A stretch of DNA of 41,500 nucleotides, from NCBI GenBank assembly GCA_035639455.1, contig DASQXY010000030.1, positions 1-41,500 of the forward strand, in the 5' to 3' direction. This DNA comes from Chthoniobacterales bacterium. GTDB taxonomy: Bacteria > Verrucomicrobiota > Verrucomicrobiia > Chthoniobacterales > UBA10450. Numbering within the stretch: position 1 is the first letter of the stretch; each line of letters opens with the position of its first letter. Shown piece after piece: positions 15,182 through 26,168 of the stretch. The notes under the pieces were generated by a model that saw nothing but the letters and a program-made list of their open reading frames with translations, did not search any database and had not been told where the DNA came from. The position numbers were made by a program, and so were the translations under genes.

Positions 15182-18100
15182 ATGTCGGAACGGAATTCGG
15201 ATCGTCTGCACTTCGGAACCATCAAGGAAACGATCGAGCCACCTAACCTGATCGAGGTTCAGCTCAACTCCTACGTCGATTTTCTCCAGAAGGATGTTGC
15301 GTTCGCGAAACGCAAGAACCATGGATTGCAGGCGGTTTTCAAAGAGGTCTTCCCGATCGAGAGTTATGACGAGAAGGCGGTGCTCGATTTCGTTCATTAT
15401 GAAATCGGCGAACCGAAGCTGACCGCCTTGGAAGCGCAGCGCGAAGGCCAGACGTATAGCGCGCCGCTGCACGTGACCTTCCAGTTGCGCGAGGAGAAGG
15501 GGACCAAAGAGGAAAAAGTTTACATGGGCGAGATCCCGCTGATGACGCCGCAGGGCACGTTCGTGATCAACGGCGCCGAACGCGTGGTGGTTTCGCAGTT
15601 GCATCGCTCACCGGGCATCGCATTCGAATCAACCGTGCACCTCAACGGCAAGGTGCTTTATAGCTTCCGCATCATCCCGGATCGGGGGTCGTGGATCGAA
15701 GTGCAATTCGACACCGCCGATCTCCTTTACATCTATCTCGACCGCCGCAAACGCCGCCGGAAATTTTTAGCGACCACTTTCCTGCGCGCCTTGGGCTATG
15801 GCTCGGATGAGGAAGTGATCAAGCTGTTCTACAACGTTGAGACGCTGAAGCTGAGCGACAAACTCGACGAAGAGAAGCTCGCCACTAAGGTTTTAACCGC
15901 GGAAATCCGCGACGGTGAAGTGACGGTGGCGCGTGCATTCGAGCCGCTCACGCTCGCGATGGTGCGCCAGATCATGGCGCTGAAGATCAAAGAACTCAGC
16001 GTGATCGACATCGCGCACGATGACACCGTCGTAAAAGCATTGCGCAAAGACCCGGCGCATGATCAGGAGGAAGCGCTGAAAGACATTTATCGTCGCCTCC
16101 GTCCCGGAGACCCGCCGACGGTGGCGAACGCCCGTGCGTTGCTCAAACGGCTGTTCTTCGATCCGAAGAAATACGACCTCGGTCGGGTCGGCCGCTACAA
16201 AATTAACCAGAAGCTCGGGATCGATATCGATCTCAACGAGCGCATCTTGACCGACAAAGATTTCATCGCCGCGATCAAGTACCTGATTAACCTCCGCCGC
16301 GGCGAAGGCACGCTGGACGACATCGATCATCTCGGCAGCCGTCGTGTCCGCACCGTCGGCGAATTGCTCGCGAACCAGTGTCGGGTTGGCCTCGCGCGAA
16401 CGGAGCGACTCGTGAAAGAGCGCATGACCTTATTCGACATCAACGTCGATGGCATGACGCCGCAGAAGCTGATCAATCCGAAAGCGCTCAGCGCGGTCAT
16501 TCGTGACTTCTTCGGACGGTCGCAGCTCTCGCAATTCATGGACCAGACGAATCCCCTCGCCGAACTCACGCACAAGCGTCGTTTGTCCGCGCTCGGCCCG
16601 GGCGGCCTCTCGCGGGATCGGGCCGGTTTCGAGGTGCGGGACGTGCATCCATCGCACTACGGGCGCATTTGCCCGATCGAGACACCAGAAGGTCCCAACA
16701 TTGGCCTCATCAGCTCAATGTCGACTTTCGCACGCATTAACGAATTCGGGTTCATCGAGACGCCGTATCGCAAGGTCGTGAACGGGCGCGTAACCGACGA
16801 GATCGAATATCTCACCGGAGATCGCGAAGAAAATTATCTGGTCGCGCAAGCGAATGCGCCGATTGATGGGCGCGGGCATTTCACGGGCGAAAAAGTTTCG
16901 GTGCGTTACCGCGGCGACTTCCTCGAAGTCGAGCCATCCAAGGTGCACTACATGGATGTCTCGCCGAAGCAGCTCGTCTCGGTTGCGGCTGGTTTAATAC
17001 CGTTCCTCGAGCACGATGACGCGAATCGCGCGTTGATGGGTTCCAACATGCAGCGACAGGGCGTGCCGCTAATTGTTTCGGAAGCGCCGCTGGTCGGCAC
17101 TGGTTTGGAAGCGAAAGTCGCGCGCGACTCGCATGCAGTCGTGGCCGCCGCCGAAAGCGGTAAGGTCGCTTCCGTCACGGCGGAACAGATTGTCGTTACG
17201 AAAGACGGTCATATGCCAGAAGGCAAACGCAAGCTGAAGACTGATCCCGAAGAAGGCATTCACGTTTATGAGCTGCGGAAATTCATGCGCTCGAACGCGG
17301 GCACCTGCGTAAACCAGAAGCCGACCGTCCGCAAAGGTCAGCACGTGCGGAAAGGCCAGGTGATCGCGGATGGGCCGAACACCGAGCACGGCGAGCTCGC
17401 GCTTGGCCGCAACGTACTCGTCGCGTTCATGCCGTGGCACGGCTACAACTTCGAGGACGCCATCATGATCTCGGAGAAGGTCGTGAAGGAAGACATCTAC
17501 ACCTCGATTCATATTGATGAATTCGAGATTGGCGCCCGCGACACGAAACTCGGCCCGGAGGAAATCACCCGCGATATCCCGAACGTCAGCGAAGAAGCGC
17601 TGCGCAATCTTGGCCCAGACGGCGTCGTGCGCGTCGGCGCGGAGGTAAAGCCCGGCGACATTCTCGTCGGCAAAATCACTCCGAAGAGCGAAACTGAGCT
17701 CGCGCCCGAGGAGCGTTTGCTGCGGGCGATTTTCGGCGAAAAAGCCGCCGACGTGAAAGATACGTCGCTCACCGTACCATCGGGCACTTACGGCATCGTC
17801 ATGGACGTGAAGGTCTCTTCACGCCGCGAAGTTTCGCGCGAGAAACTGACACCGACCGAGACGAAGAAACAGCTCAAGGCAATCGCCGAAGAGCATCGCA
17901 AGAAGAAGGAAGAACTAACCGAGCAACTGACCGACTCGCTCTCGAACATTCTACTGGGCGAAAAGATCCCGCTCGATGTCGTGAACGCGGTTAGCGGTGA
18001 GATCATTATTCCGGCGAACCGCAAGATTACCAAGACGCTGTTGCGTAAATTGGCGAATGTTTACGACCACATCGAGATCGATCCGAGTCCGATTCGCAAC

Positions 18101-18991
18101 AAGATCCGCGAGATCATAGCCTCGTACGAACACAAGTTCGCCGAGCTGGAGCTGGAGCGTGAACGCGCCATGGACCGCGTTGAAAGCGGTGATGATATCG
18201 ACCCGGGCATCATTAAGCAGGTTAAGGTCTACATCGCAAGCAAGCGCAAGCTGAGCGTTGGCGACAAAATGGCTGGGCGCCACGGTAATAAGGGCGTAGT
18301 CGCACGCATTGTGCCTGAAGAAGACATGCCATTCCTCGCCGATGGAACGCCGGTCGAAATTGTGCTGAATCCGCTCGGGGTGCCGAGCCGAATGAATGTG
18401 GGCCAGGTTCTCGAGACGCACCTTGGCGTCGCAGCCAAAGCGCTCGGGTTCAAAGTTGCGACTCCTGTGTTCGATGGAATCAAAGAAGACAAGATCCGCA
18501 ACTATCTCAAGGAAGCGCACAAGAAGGAAGGCTTCGGTTGGGTGCAGGAAAACGGCAAAGCGCGCCTGTTCGACGGGCGCACCGGCGATGCCTTCGATCA
18601 GGAAGTGGTGGTTGGCTACATCTACATGATGAAGCTGGGGCATTTGGTAGCCGACAAAATCCACGCGCGAGCTGTCGGCCCGTACTCGCTCGTTACTCAA
18701 CAGCCGCTCGGCGGGAAAGCGCAGTATGGCGGCCAGCGTTTCGGTGAGATGGAGGTCTGGGCGCTGGAAGCGTACGGCGCTGCTTACACACTGCAGGAAT
18801 TGCTGACCGTGAAATCGGACGATGTACAGGGTCGCACTCGCATCTATGAATCCATCGTCAAAGGCGATAACTCGCTCGAAGCGGGCACGCCTGAATCTTT
18901 CAACGTGCTCATCAAAGAAATGCAGAGCCTCGGTCTCGACGTGAAAGTCGGCGGCCAGGCGCCGCAGAGTGTTTTTGAGGGCGTGGGGTAA
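15182..18991 (+). CDS. rpoB: DNA-directed RNA polymerase subunit beta
   Basis: The ORF runs 15155..18991. ATG 15182 gives [31 protein letters not shown]. Conserved blocks are present throughout, for example [36 protein letters not shown]. Confidence 0.99.
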   Translation: MSERNSDRLHFGTIKETIEPPNLIEVQLNSYVDFLQKDVAFAKRKNHGLQAVFKEVFPIESYDEKAVLDFVHYEIGEPKLTALEAQREGQTYSAPLHVTFQLREEKGTKEEKVYMGEIPLMTPQGTFVINGAERVVVSQLHRSPGIAFESTVHLNGKVLYSFRIIPDRGSWIEVQFDTADLLYIYLDRRKRRRKFLATTFLRALGYGSDEEVIKLFYNVETLKLSDKLDEEKLATKVLTAEIRDGEVTVARAFEPLTLAMVRQIMALKIKELSVIDIAHDDTVVKALRKDPAHDQEEALKDIYRRLRPGDPPTVANARALLKRLFFDPKKYDLGRVGRYKINQKLGIDIDLNERILTDKDFIAAIKYLINLRRGEGTLDDIDHLGSRRVRTVGELLANQCRVGLARTERLVKERMTLFDINVDGMTPQKLINPKALSAVIRDFFGRSQLSQFMDQTNPLAELTHKRRLSALGPGGLSRDRAGFEVRDVHPSHYGRICPIETPEGPNIGLISSMSTFARINEFGFIETPYRKVVNGRVTDEIEYLTGDREENYLVAQANAPIDGRGHFTGEKVSVRYRGDFLEVEPSKVHYMDVSPKQLVSVAAGLIPFLEHDDANRALMGSNMQRQGVPLIVSEAPLVGTGLEAKVARDSHAVVAAAESGKVASVTAEQIVVTKDGHMPEGKRKLKTDPEEGIHVYELRKFMRSNAGTCVNQKPTVRKGQHVRKGQVIADGPNTEHGELALGRNVLVAFMPWHGYNFEDAIMISEKVVKEDIYTSIHIDEFEIGARDTKLGPEEITRDIPNVSEEALRNLGPDGVVRVGAEVKPGDILVGKITPKSETELAPEERLLRAIFGEKAADVKDTSLTVPSGTYGIVMDVKVSSRREVSREKLTPTETKKQLKAIAEEHRKKKEELTEQLTDSLSNILLGEKIPLDVVNAVSGEIIIPANRKITKTLLRKLANVYDHIEIDPSPIRNKIREIIASYEHKFAELELERERAMDRVESGDDIDPGIIKQVKVYIASKRKLSVGDKMAGRHGNKGVVARIVPEEDMPFLADGTPVEIVLNPLGVPSRMNVGQVLETHLGVAAKALGFKVATPVFDGIKEDKIRNYLKEAHKKEGFGWVQENGKARLFDGRTGDAFDQEVVVGYIYMMKLGHLVADKIHARAVGPYSLVTQQPLGGKAQYGGQRFGEMEVWALEAYGAAYTLQELLTVKSDDVQGRTRIYESIVKGDNSLEAGTPESFNVLIKEMQSLGLDVKVGGQAPQSVFEGVG

Positions 18992-19027
18992 CGAATTTCA
19001 ACAATCGCAAGATCGAGATAAACTTTC

Positions 19028-22000
19028 ATGAACGAACATTCCTGGCGTGAGTTAGTGGGCGAAGAACGCCCGGTGGGTTTTGATCAGGTCGCAATCGGTG
19101 TCGCCTCGAGCGACACGATGCGTTCCTGGAGCAAAGGTGAAGTCAAGAACCCGGAGACCATTAATTACCGCACCTTTAAGCCGGAGAAGGGCGGTCTTTT
19201 TTGCGAACGCATCTTCGGTCCAACGCGGGACTGGGAATGCTCCTGCGGAAAATACAAACGGATCAAGCACAAGGGCGTCATCTGCGACCGTTGCGGTGTG
19301 GAGGTGACACTCGCGCGCGTTCGACGGGACCGGATGGGCCACATCGAGCTGGCCGTCCCGGTTTCGCATATCTGGTTTTACAAATGCATGCCGTCGCGCC
19401 TCGGACTCATGCTCGACATGAGCGCGCGTCAGCTCGAGCGCGTCATTTATTACGAAGACTACATCGTCATTGATCCGGGCAAGACGCCGCTGCAGAAGAC
19501 GCAGCTTCTGAATGAAATCGAATACCGCGAGGCGCAGGAGCAATACGGCGACGGGTTTGTCGCTGGCATGGGTGCGGAAGCGGTGAAGAAACTCTTGGCG
19601 GAGATCGATCTGCACAAACTGAACAAGGAACTGGAGCAGGCGATGGCCGCGACCAAGAGCAAGCAGATCCGCAAGAAACTGGCGAAGCGCCTCAAGCTTG
19701 TGCAGGGCTTTATGAACGCGCACGCTCGACCGGAATGGATGATCCTTGACGTTCTGCCGGTCATCCCGCCGGACCTGCGGCCGCTCGTTCCGCTCGAAGG
19801 CGGCCGGTTTGCGACTTCCGACCTGAATGATCTGTATCGGCGCGTCATTAACCGAAACAATCGTCTCAAGAATCTACTTCAGCTTAAAACGCCGGACGTG
19901 ATCATCCGGAACGAGAAGCGGATGTTGCAGGAAGCGGTCGACGCTTTGTTCGACAACGGTCGTCATGGCCGCGCGGTCACTGGCGCGGGTAATCGTCCGC
20001 TGAAATCGCTCAGCGACATGCTCAAAGGCAAAGGCGGCCGCTTCCGTCAGAATTTGTTAGGCAAACGGGTCGATTACTCCGGCCGCTCCGTGATCGTGAT
20101 CGGGCCGGAGTTGAAACTGCATCAGTGCGGTCTGCCGAAGAAAATGGCTCTCGTGCTGTTCGAGCCATTCATTATCCGACGATTGAAAGACATGGGCTAT
20201 GTGCACACGGTGCGCAGCGCGAAGAAGATGATCGAGCGGCAAACGCCCGAAGTCTGGGACATTCTCGAGGAAGTGACGAAAGGGCATCCGGTGTTGCTGA
20301 ACCGGGCGCCGACCTTACATCGATTGTCGATCCAAGCCTTTGAGCCGCTGCTGATCGAAGGGGAAGCCATTCGCATTCATCCCTTGGTGTGCACGGCTTA
20401 TAACGCGGACTTCGACGGCGACCAGATGGCAGTGCACGTGCCGCTCTCAGTCGAAGCGCAGCTCGAAGCGCGAATGCTCATGCTCGCGCCAAACAACATT
20501 TTCTCACCATCAAGCGGCAAACCGATTACTACGCCTTCGCAAGACATTACGCTGGGCTGCTACTACATGACGCAAAACCCGCGGCGGGTCGCTGGAAGTG
20601 ATGGCGATGGCTCGCTCCCGCTCTTCAGCGATCCCGTGGAAGTGGAATTCGCGATGGCAGAGGGGAGCATTCGCACGCATGATCGCATCCGCATTAAGAA
20701 TCCCGACTACAGTCAGCAGACAATTTATGGTAACTCGGAAGCGAAGATCCTCGAGACAACAGCTGGTCGGGTAATCTTCAATCAGATTTGGCCGAAGCAG
20801 CTGGGGTTCTTCAACAAACCAGCAGGCAAAAAACAACTCAGCGACATCATCTGGCGCTGCTACCAGGTTGCGGGCCCAGCGGCAACTGTGGCAACACTGG
20901 ACAAACTGAAGGAGCTCGGGTTCGCCGAAGCCACGAAGGCCGGCATTTCAATCGGAATTTCGGATATGATAATTCCGAAAGAGAAACAGACCGAGCTGGA
21001 GAACGCCTACAAACAGATCCGGCAGGTTGAGCAACAGTACCGCAAAGGTATCATCACCGATGGCGAGCGGTACAATAAGATTATCGACATTTGGACGCAT
21101 GCCGGGGACGAGATCTCAAGCGTGATGTTCCGCACGCTTGAGCACAATGAAGGCCGCAAAGAACTGAATCCTGTTTACCTGATGGTGGATTCTGGTGCGC
21201 GAGGTAACCGTCAGCAGGTCCGGCAGCTTGCCGGCATGCGCGGCTTGATGGCCAAGCCGAGCGGCGAAATCATTGAACGCCCGATCACTTCCAATTTCCG
21301 CGAAGGGTTGAGCGTGCTCGAGTACTTCATTTCGACGCACGGCGCGCGCAAAGGTCTGGCCGACACCGCCCTGAAGACAGCGGACTCGGGTTATCTCACG
21401 CGTAAGCTGGTCGACGCGGCGCAAGACGTAATCATCAACGCGGAGGACTGCGGCACGGTGAACGGTATCGTTGTCCGATCGATCTACGAAGGCGACGAAG
21501 AGGTTGTCGACCTTGGCCAGCGCATCATTGGTCGCGTCAGCTGCGAGACCGTGGTCGATCCAGTCGACAAAAAGAAAAAGATCGTCAAAGCCAACCAATA
21601 TATTGACGAGAAAATTGCGGCGGAGCTGCAGCGCGTCGGCGTTGAGCAACTGAAGATTCGCTCGGTACTGACGTGTGAGTGCGGCCGGGGCGTCTGTGCG
21701 ATGTGCTACGGCCGCAACCTGGCGACCGGCCAGTTCGTAAAGCTCGGTGAAGCCGTTGGTATCATCGCCGCGCAATCAATCGGTGAGCCGGGGACGCAGT
21801 TAACCATGCGCACTTTCCACATTGGTGGCACGGCCAGCCAGACATTTAAACAGCCGATTATCAAAGCGAAAAACGATGGCACGGTGCGATTCAACGATCT
21901 ACGCACCGTGCAGGCACTTGATGGCAGCTGGATTGTTTTGAACAAGAATGGGTCGATTAGCGTGCATAACGCGCAAGGTCGCGAGCTCGAGCGTTACAAC

Positions 22001-23152
22001 GTGGTTATCGGTTCGATGATTTCGAAGGAGGACGGCGCCACGGTCAAAAAAGGCGAGACGTTCGTGCAATGGGACCCCTACAATGTGCCGATCCTGACGG
22101 ATAAGGGTGGAACCATCGAGTTCCGCGACATGATCGCCGGCGTGACGATCAGCCGCGATGTCGACGAAGCAACCGGCCTGATGGGCACGGTCATTATCGA
22201 GCACAAGGAGGACCTGCATCCGCAAATCGTTATCACCGGCGAGAAGAAGGAAGTGCTGGCGAGCTATTCAATCCCGGCGGGCGCGCACGTGATCGTCGAA
22301 GAAGGCCAGAAAGTTCGCGCCGGTGCGTTGCTCGCGAAGACGCCACGGAAAGTTGCCAAAACGAAGGACATCACCGGCGGTCTACCGCGTGTTGCGGAAT
22401 TATTTGAAGCGCGGCGTCCAAAAGAGGCAGCTGAGATCGCGAAGATCGACGGCATCGTTGAAATGGGGGGCACGGTACGCGGCAAGCGGCGGCTCATCCT
22501 GAAAGATCCCGAAACTGCCGCGGAGGAAGAACATCTCATCCCGCTAACCAAACACATCATCGTGTTCAAAGGCGATTTCCTGAAAAAGGGGCAGCAGCTC
22601 ACCGAGGGTCCGGTTGTGCCGCATGAAATCCTCGAAGTCTGCGGGCCGCAGGACTTGCAAGAACACTTGGTCAATGAAGTGCAGGAGGTTTATCGGTTGC
22701 AGGGGGTCGAGATCAACGATAAGCACATCGAAATCATCGTGCGCCAGATGCTGCGCAAGGTGAAGATCACCGATCCAGGCGACACGAGCTTGCTTTGGGG
22801 CGACCAGATCGAAAAACTCGATTTCGAAGCGGAGAACAAGAAAGTCGTTGAACAAGGCGGCAAGCCGGCCGAAGCCGTGCCGGTGCTGCTCGGCATCACG
22901 AAAGCTTCGCTCGAGACCGACAGCTTTATCTCGGCCGCATCGTTCCAAGACACGACGCGCGTGCTGACCGAGGCGGCGACGCTTGGCAAGGTCGACAAGC
23001 TGCGTGGTTTCAAGGAAAACGTCATCATGGGTCACCTTATTCCTGCCGGCACCGGGTTCCCCGCGCACCGCGAGATCAGGCTGGTGGAGAAAGGTGAACC
23101 GATCGGTGCGCCGGTAATGGAAGAAGCCGAGGTTCAACCCGCCGTCGGCTGA
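19028..23152 (+). CDS. rpoC: DNA-directed RNA polymerase subunit beta-prime
   Basis: 1374 aa. It has the zinc-binding [23 protein letters not shown] and the catalytic [12 protein letters not shown] motif. It starts 36 nt after rpoB. Confidence 0.99.
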   Translation: MNEHSWRELVGEERPVGFDQVAIGVASSDTMRSWSKGEVKNPETINYRTFKPEKGGLFCERIFGPTRDWECSCGKYKRIKHKGVICDRCGVEVTLARVRRDRMGHIELAVPVSHIWFYKCMPSRLGLMLDMSARQLERVIYYEDYIVIDPGKTPLQKTQLLNEIEYREAQEQYGDGFVAGMGAEAVKKLLAEIDLHKLNKELEQAMAATKSKQIRKKLAKRLKLVQGFMNAHARPEWMILDVLPVIPPDLRPLVPLEGGRFATSDLNDLYRRVINRNNRLKNLLQLKTPDVIIRNEKRMLQEAVDALFDNGRHGRAVTGAGNRPLKSLSDMLKGKGGRFRQNLLGKRVDYSGRSVIVIGPELKLHQCGLPKKMALVLFEPFIIRRLKDMGYVHTVRSAKKMIERQTPEVWDILEEVTKGHPVLLNRAPTLHRLSIQAFEPLLIEGEAIRIHPLVCTAYNADFDGDQMAVHVPLSVEAQLEARMLMLAPNNIFSPSSGKPITTPSQDITLGCYYMTQNPRRVAGSDGDGSLPLFSDPVEVEFAMAEGSIRTHDRIRIKNPDYSQQTIYGNSEAKILETTAGRVIFNQIWPKQLGFFNKPAGKKQLSDIIWRCYQVAGPAATVATLDKLKELGFAEATKAGISIGISDMIIPKEKQTELENAYKQIRQVEQQYRKGIITDGERYNKIIDIWTHAGDEISSVMFRTLEHNEGRKELNPVYLMVDSGARGNRQQVRQLAGMRGLMAKPSGEIIERPITSNFREGLSVLEYFISTHGARKGLADTALKTADSGYLTRKLVDAAQDVIINAEDCGTVNGIVVRSIYEGDEEVVDLGQRIIGRVSCETVVDPVDKKKKIVKANQYIDEKIAAELQRVGVEQLKIRSVLTCECGRGVCAMCYGRNLATGQFVKLGEAVGIIAAQSIGEPGTQLTMRTFHIGGTASQTFKQPIIKAKNDGTVRFNDLRTVQALDGSWIVLNKNGSISVHNAQGRELERYNVVIGSMISKEDGATVKKGETFVQWDPYNVPILTDKGGTIEFRDMIAGVTISRDVDEATGLMGTVIIEHKEDLHPQIVITGEKKEVLASYSIPAGAHVIVEEGQKVRAGALLAKTPRKVAKTKDITGGLPRVAELFEARRPKEAAEIAKIDGIVEMGGTVRGKRRLILKDPETAAEEEHLIPLTKHIIVFKGDFLKKGQQLTEGPVVPHEILEVCGPQDLQEHLVNEVQEVYRLQGVEINDKHIEIIVRQMLRKVKITDPGDTSLLWGDQIEKLDFEAENKKVVEQGGKPAEAVPVLLGITKASLETDSFISAASFQDTTRVLTEAATLGKVDKLRGFKENVIMGHLIPAGTGFPAHREIRLVEKGEPIGAPVMEEAEVQPAVG

Positions 23153-23408
23153 CTTACGCGATCGGCAACAGCGAGATAAACGTGGTCAACCTGGATCGAA
23201 GTCGCGAGTTGCTGGACCCGCCGTTTCGCCCATTCAATATTTGCCTGGGCCTACGGGCGACAGTTCCGGGTGCCGCACCACGATTGCATTGCGATTGGCC
23301 GCGTCATCGTCTCGATGATGGATCAGGATAACGTACCCCATATCATTGACGCCCTCCCCATTGTGTCAGTTGATCAAGCGGACGGCGCCGCGAGCCGCCA
23401 GTAACGAC

Positions 23409-23960
23409 TTGTCGATCGTAACGAAGACCGGCGACAGCGGGGAGACGTCGCTTATGTATGGTCGGCGCGTGCCAAAGAGCGACCCGCGTGTCGACGCTTA
23501 CGGCTGCATTGACGAACTGACCGCGGCTCTCGGCTTCGCACGCTCGATTTCTGAGGAGGATTTTGTCAACCAACAGATCTTGGCGACGCAAAAGGAGCTG
23601 ATCATCATCATGGGCGAGCTCTCAACCTTGCCCGAGGACCGGGAACGTTATACGAGGGATCGATTCAACCTGACAGGGAGCGAGATGGTCGAGCGACTGA
23701 CGCGCGTCGTTGTCGATCTCGAAAAAGACGAGTCGTTGTATCCGAAAGACTGGGTAATTCCCGGCGCAACCGCTGCATCCGCGGCCTTTGACTTTGCTCG
23801 AACAATCTGTCGGCGGGCGGAGCGTCGTGTCATTGAGTTGCGGGAGCAAAATCCCGAAATTCTGCGCTATCTCAATCGCCTGTCAGACTGGTGTTGGATC
23901 CTGGCGCGTTATCTGGAAAAGCAAGCGAGAAACAAGAGCCAAAAGGCAATACCTGGGTGA
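23409..23960 (+). CDS. PduO-type ATP:cob(I)alamin adenosyltransferase
   Basis: The ORF track gives 23346..23960, starting at TTG. The family N-terminus is normally M-x-I-Y/V-T-K/R-x-GD, which fits the in-frame TTG at 23409 (LSIVTKTGDSGETSLMYGRRVPKSDPRVDAYGCIDELTAALG). The start is uncertain; the stop is firm. Confidence 0.8.
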   Translation: MSIVTKTGDSGETSLMYGRRVPKSDPRVDAYGCIDELTAALGFARSISEEDFVNQQILATQKELIIIMGELSTLPEDRERYTRDRFNLTGSEMVERLTRVVVDLEKDESLYPKDWVIPGATAASAAFDFARTICRRAERRVIELREQNPEILRYLNRLSDWCWILARYLEKQARNKSQKAIPG

Positions 23961-24039
23961 ACATTCCGGTTGCGATCGTCGATCTCGTGAAGCATCTTCC
24001 CCGCTCGCTGTCCCGGCCTCGCGGGATGCGCATTCGCCT

Positions 24040-24771
24040 ATGGCAGACACAACCGAATTAGTGCCTGAACTGTTGGAAGCCGGCGTGCATTTTGGGCACC
24101 AGACTAAACGCTGGAACCCGAAGATGAAACCCTACATTTTCGAACAACGAAATCAGATCTACATCATCAACCTCGATCAGACCGTGCAGCAGTTGCAGCG
24201 CGCGACAGAGTTCCTTCAGGGTGTGGCGCGGCGCGGCGGCCGTATTTTATTTGTCGGGTGTAAGAAACAGGCGCAGGAAGCGGTCAAAGAAGCGGCGCTC
24301 GCGTGTGGCCAGTTCTATGTCAACCAGCGCTGGCTGGGCGGCACGCTTACTAATCTGGCGACGATTCGCAAGAGCATTGGGCGATTGAAGTACATCGAGG
24401 AGATAGCGCAGTCTCCCGAATACAGAAAAATGGGCAAACAGGAGCTAGCAGCGCTGAACCGGGAGGCGGCCAAGCTGCGCCGCAATCTGGATGGTATTCT
24501 CGAAATGTCGCAACTACCCGATGCGCTCGTCGTCATTGATACCACGCGTGAAGAAAATGCCGTCAACGAGGCGCGGCGCCTCGGGATTCCAGTGGTCGCG
24601 ATTGTCGACACGAACGCCGACCCCGAATTGGTCGATTATCCCATTGCAGGAAACGATGATGCGATCCGCGCGATTCGTGTGATTTTGCAGAAGCTTGTTG
24701 ATGCCATCGTGTCCGCGAGTAGCGAAGCGCGTATTCGCGAGCGGGTCGAAATGGCGGGAGTTTCCGCCTGA
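24040..24771 (+). CDS. rpsB: 30S ribosomal protein S2
   Basis: The ORF-track ORF 23788..24771 overlaps the previous gene. The internal ATG at 24040 gives MADTTELVPELLEAGVHFGHQTKRWNPKMKPYIFEQRNQIYIINLDQT, a canonical S2 sequence. Confidence 0.96.
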   Translation: MADTTELVPELLEAGVHFGHQTKRWNPKMKPYIFEQRNQIYIINLDQTVQQLQRATEFLQGVARRGGRILFVGCKKQAQEAVKEAALACGQFYVNQRWLGGTLTNLATIRKSIGRLKYIEEIAQSPEYRKMGKQELAALNREAAKLRRNLDGILEMSQLPDALVVIDTTREENAVNEARRLGIPVVAIVDTNADPELVDYPIAGNDDAIRAIRVILQKLVDAIVSASSEARIRERVEMAGVSA

Positions 24772-24802
24772 CCGGCTATTTAACGCTTCGGCGATCTAAG
24801 AA

Positions 24803-25462
24803 ATGAGTACCGCAACAGCGATTGACCCTCGGCTGGTTAAACAACTCCGCGAGAAAACCAATGCCGGCATGATGGACTGCAAACGCGCGCTGGAGGAAGC
24901 GAGCGGCGACTTGGAAAAGGCGGAAACGATCCTGCGCAAAAAAGGAATTGCCGCGGCCACAAAGAAAGCGACGCGCGCCACGAAGGAAGGCATCGTCGCC
25001 GCCTACATTCACATGCAAGGCAAGATCGGTGTTCTCGTCGAGGTTAACTGCGAAACTGATTTTGTGGCAAAGAATGAAAACTTCCGCGAGTTCGTGAAGG
25101 ACATCACTTTACATATTGCGGCGGCGCATCCGTTTTACGTTAGTCGCGATGAAGTGCCGGCGAGGCTGGTCGAGAGCGAGCGTGCGATTTACGAGTCGCA
25201 GGTGAAAGGAAAGCCGGCGCAGGTGACGGCGAAGATTGTCGAGGGCAAGCTCGACAAGTTCTACAGCACTGTTTGTCTCCTCGAGCAGGCGTTCATTAAA
25301 AATCCCGACCAAACGATCGGTGACCTGCTCAAAGCAAAAATCTCCGAACTGGGCGAGAACATCGTTATCCGGCGATTCACCCGTTATTTGGTAGGCGAAC
25401 CGCTCCCGGAACAAATGCCAGCAAGCGGAGCGAGCGCGGGCCAGCCCGGTCAAACCGCGTAG
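24803..25462 (+). CDS. tsf: elongation factor Ts (short form)
   Basis: 219 aa. VKQLREKTNAGMMDCKRALEEASGDLEKAETILRKKG is the UBA-like N-domain. It lies directly downstream of rpsB. Confidence 0.96.
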   Translation: MSTATAIDPRLVKQLREKTNAGMMDCKRALEEASGDLEKAETILRKKGIAAATKKATRATKEGIVAAYIHMQGKIGVLVEVNCETDFVAKNENFREFVKDITLHIAAAHPFYVSRDEVPARLVESERAIYESQVKGKPAQVTAKIVEGKLDKFYSTVCLLEQAFIKNPDQTIGDLLKAKISELGENIVIRRFTRYLVGEPLPEQMPASGASAGQPGQTA

Positions 25463-25572
25463 TATCGAGAAGAGAAGACCGACTGCGCGGCCGCGCGCGT
25501 TCCTCCTTTGGTTGGCTTCACCCGCTCACGGGCTGAAGGTTCGAATCAGGCAAGCAATCAACAGGAGGAAGA

Positions 25573-26100
25573 ATGAAGCTGGATTCACTGCAGAAATTAT
25601 TCGTTGATCAACTGCGCGATATTTACAACGCGGAAAATCAATTACTCAAGGCGCTGCCGAAAATGACAAAGCACGCCTCGTCAGACGAACTCAGGCAAGC
25701 GTTTGAAGATCATCTCGAGCAAACTAAAGAACATGTCGAGCGACTCGAGCAGATCTTCAGAGACTTGGATGAGAAGCCGAAGGGGAAAACGTGCCAGGGT
25801 ATGAAGGGCCTCGTCGAGGAAGGATCCGAAATCCTTGATGAAGACGGAGAGGAATCGGTGCTCGATGCCGGGATTATTGCAGCCGCACAGAAGATTGAGC
25901 ATTACGAAATTGCGACCTACGGCACGCTCCGTACGTGGGCGGACCTGCTCGGGCAAGATGACGCCGCCGAGCTGCTCCAGCAGACACTCGACGACGAGGG
26001 CGACACGGACAAACGCCTGAGCGAATTAGCAGAAGAGATCGTCAATCCGGAGGCACTTTCCGGTACCGAGGCGATGGCGGGTGACTCACGCCGCCGCTAA
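25573..26100 (+). CDS. DUF892 (YciE/YciF-like) ferritin-like four-helix-bundle protein
   Basis: 175 aa. LFVDQLRDIYNAENQLLKALPKM...LRQAFEDHLEQTKEHVERLEQIF...HYEIATYGTL is the typical DUF892 pattern. A GGAGGAAG SD precedes the ATG. Confidence 0.85.
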   Translation: MKLDSLQKLFVDQLRDIYNAENQLLKALPKMTKHASSDELRQAFEDHLEQTKEHVERLEQIFRDLDEKPKGKTCQGMKGLVEEGSEILDEDGEESVLDAGIIAAAQKIEHYEIATYGTLRTWADLLGQDDAAELLQQTLDDEGDTDKRLSELAEEIVNPEALSGTEAMAGDSRRR

Positions 26101-26168
26101 TGACCCATCGGAGCTCCTTCCTTACGGCCAATGTGAAATCTGCCTGATCCGCGCTTACAGTCGAGCGC

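Noticed and set aside
14984-23137. Many long ORFs antisense to or overlapping rpoB and rpoC, for example 14984..15604, 17951..18700, 19052..19723, 21116..21775 and 22544..23137.
   Set aside because: They lie fully inside genes with unmistakable RNA polymerase sequence. Their products are Arg/His/Leu-rich low-information sequence of the kind expected from reverse frames of GC-rich coding DNA, and they carry no recognisable motifs.
23234-23341. A 35-codon minus-strand ORF (MGYVILIHHRDDDAANRNAIVVRHPELSPVGPGKY) in the rpoC-downstream gap.
   Set aside because: It is too short, has no SD or recognisable family, and its composition is unremarkable. It is kept only as a note inside the finding on that gap.
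23153-23408. A possible cobalamin riboswitch upstream of the corrinoid adenosyltransferase gene.
   Set aside because: I could not find a B12-box-like sequence or the multi-stem architecture by eye. A covariance-model scan would be needed to exclude it formally.
25538-25547. GGTTCGAATC, identical to a tRNA T-arm/T-loop core, in the tsf-DUF892 spacer.
   Set aside because: The flanks cannot form the 5-bp T-stem (GAAGG versus CAGGC). No acceptor, D or anticodon arms can be drawn in the 110-nt spacer.
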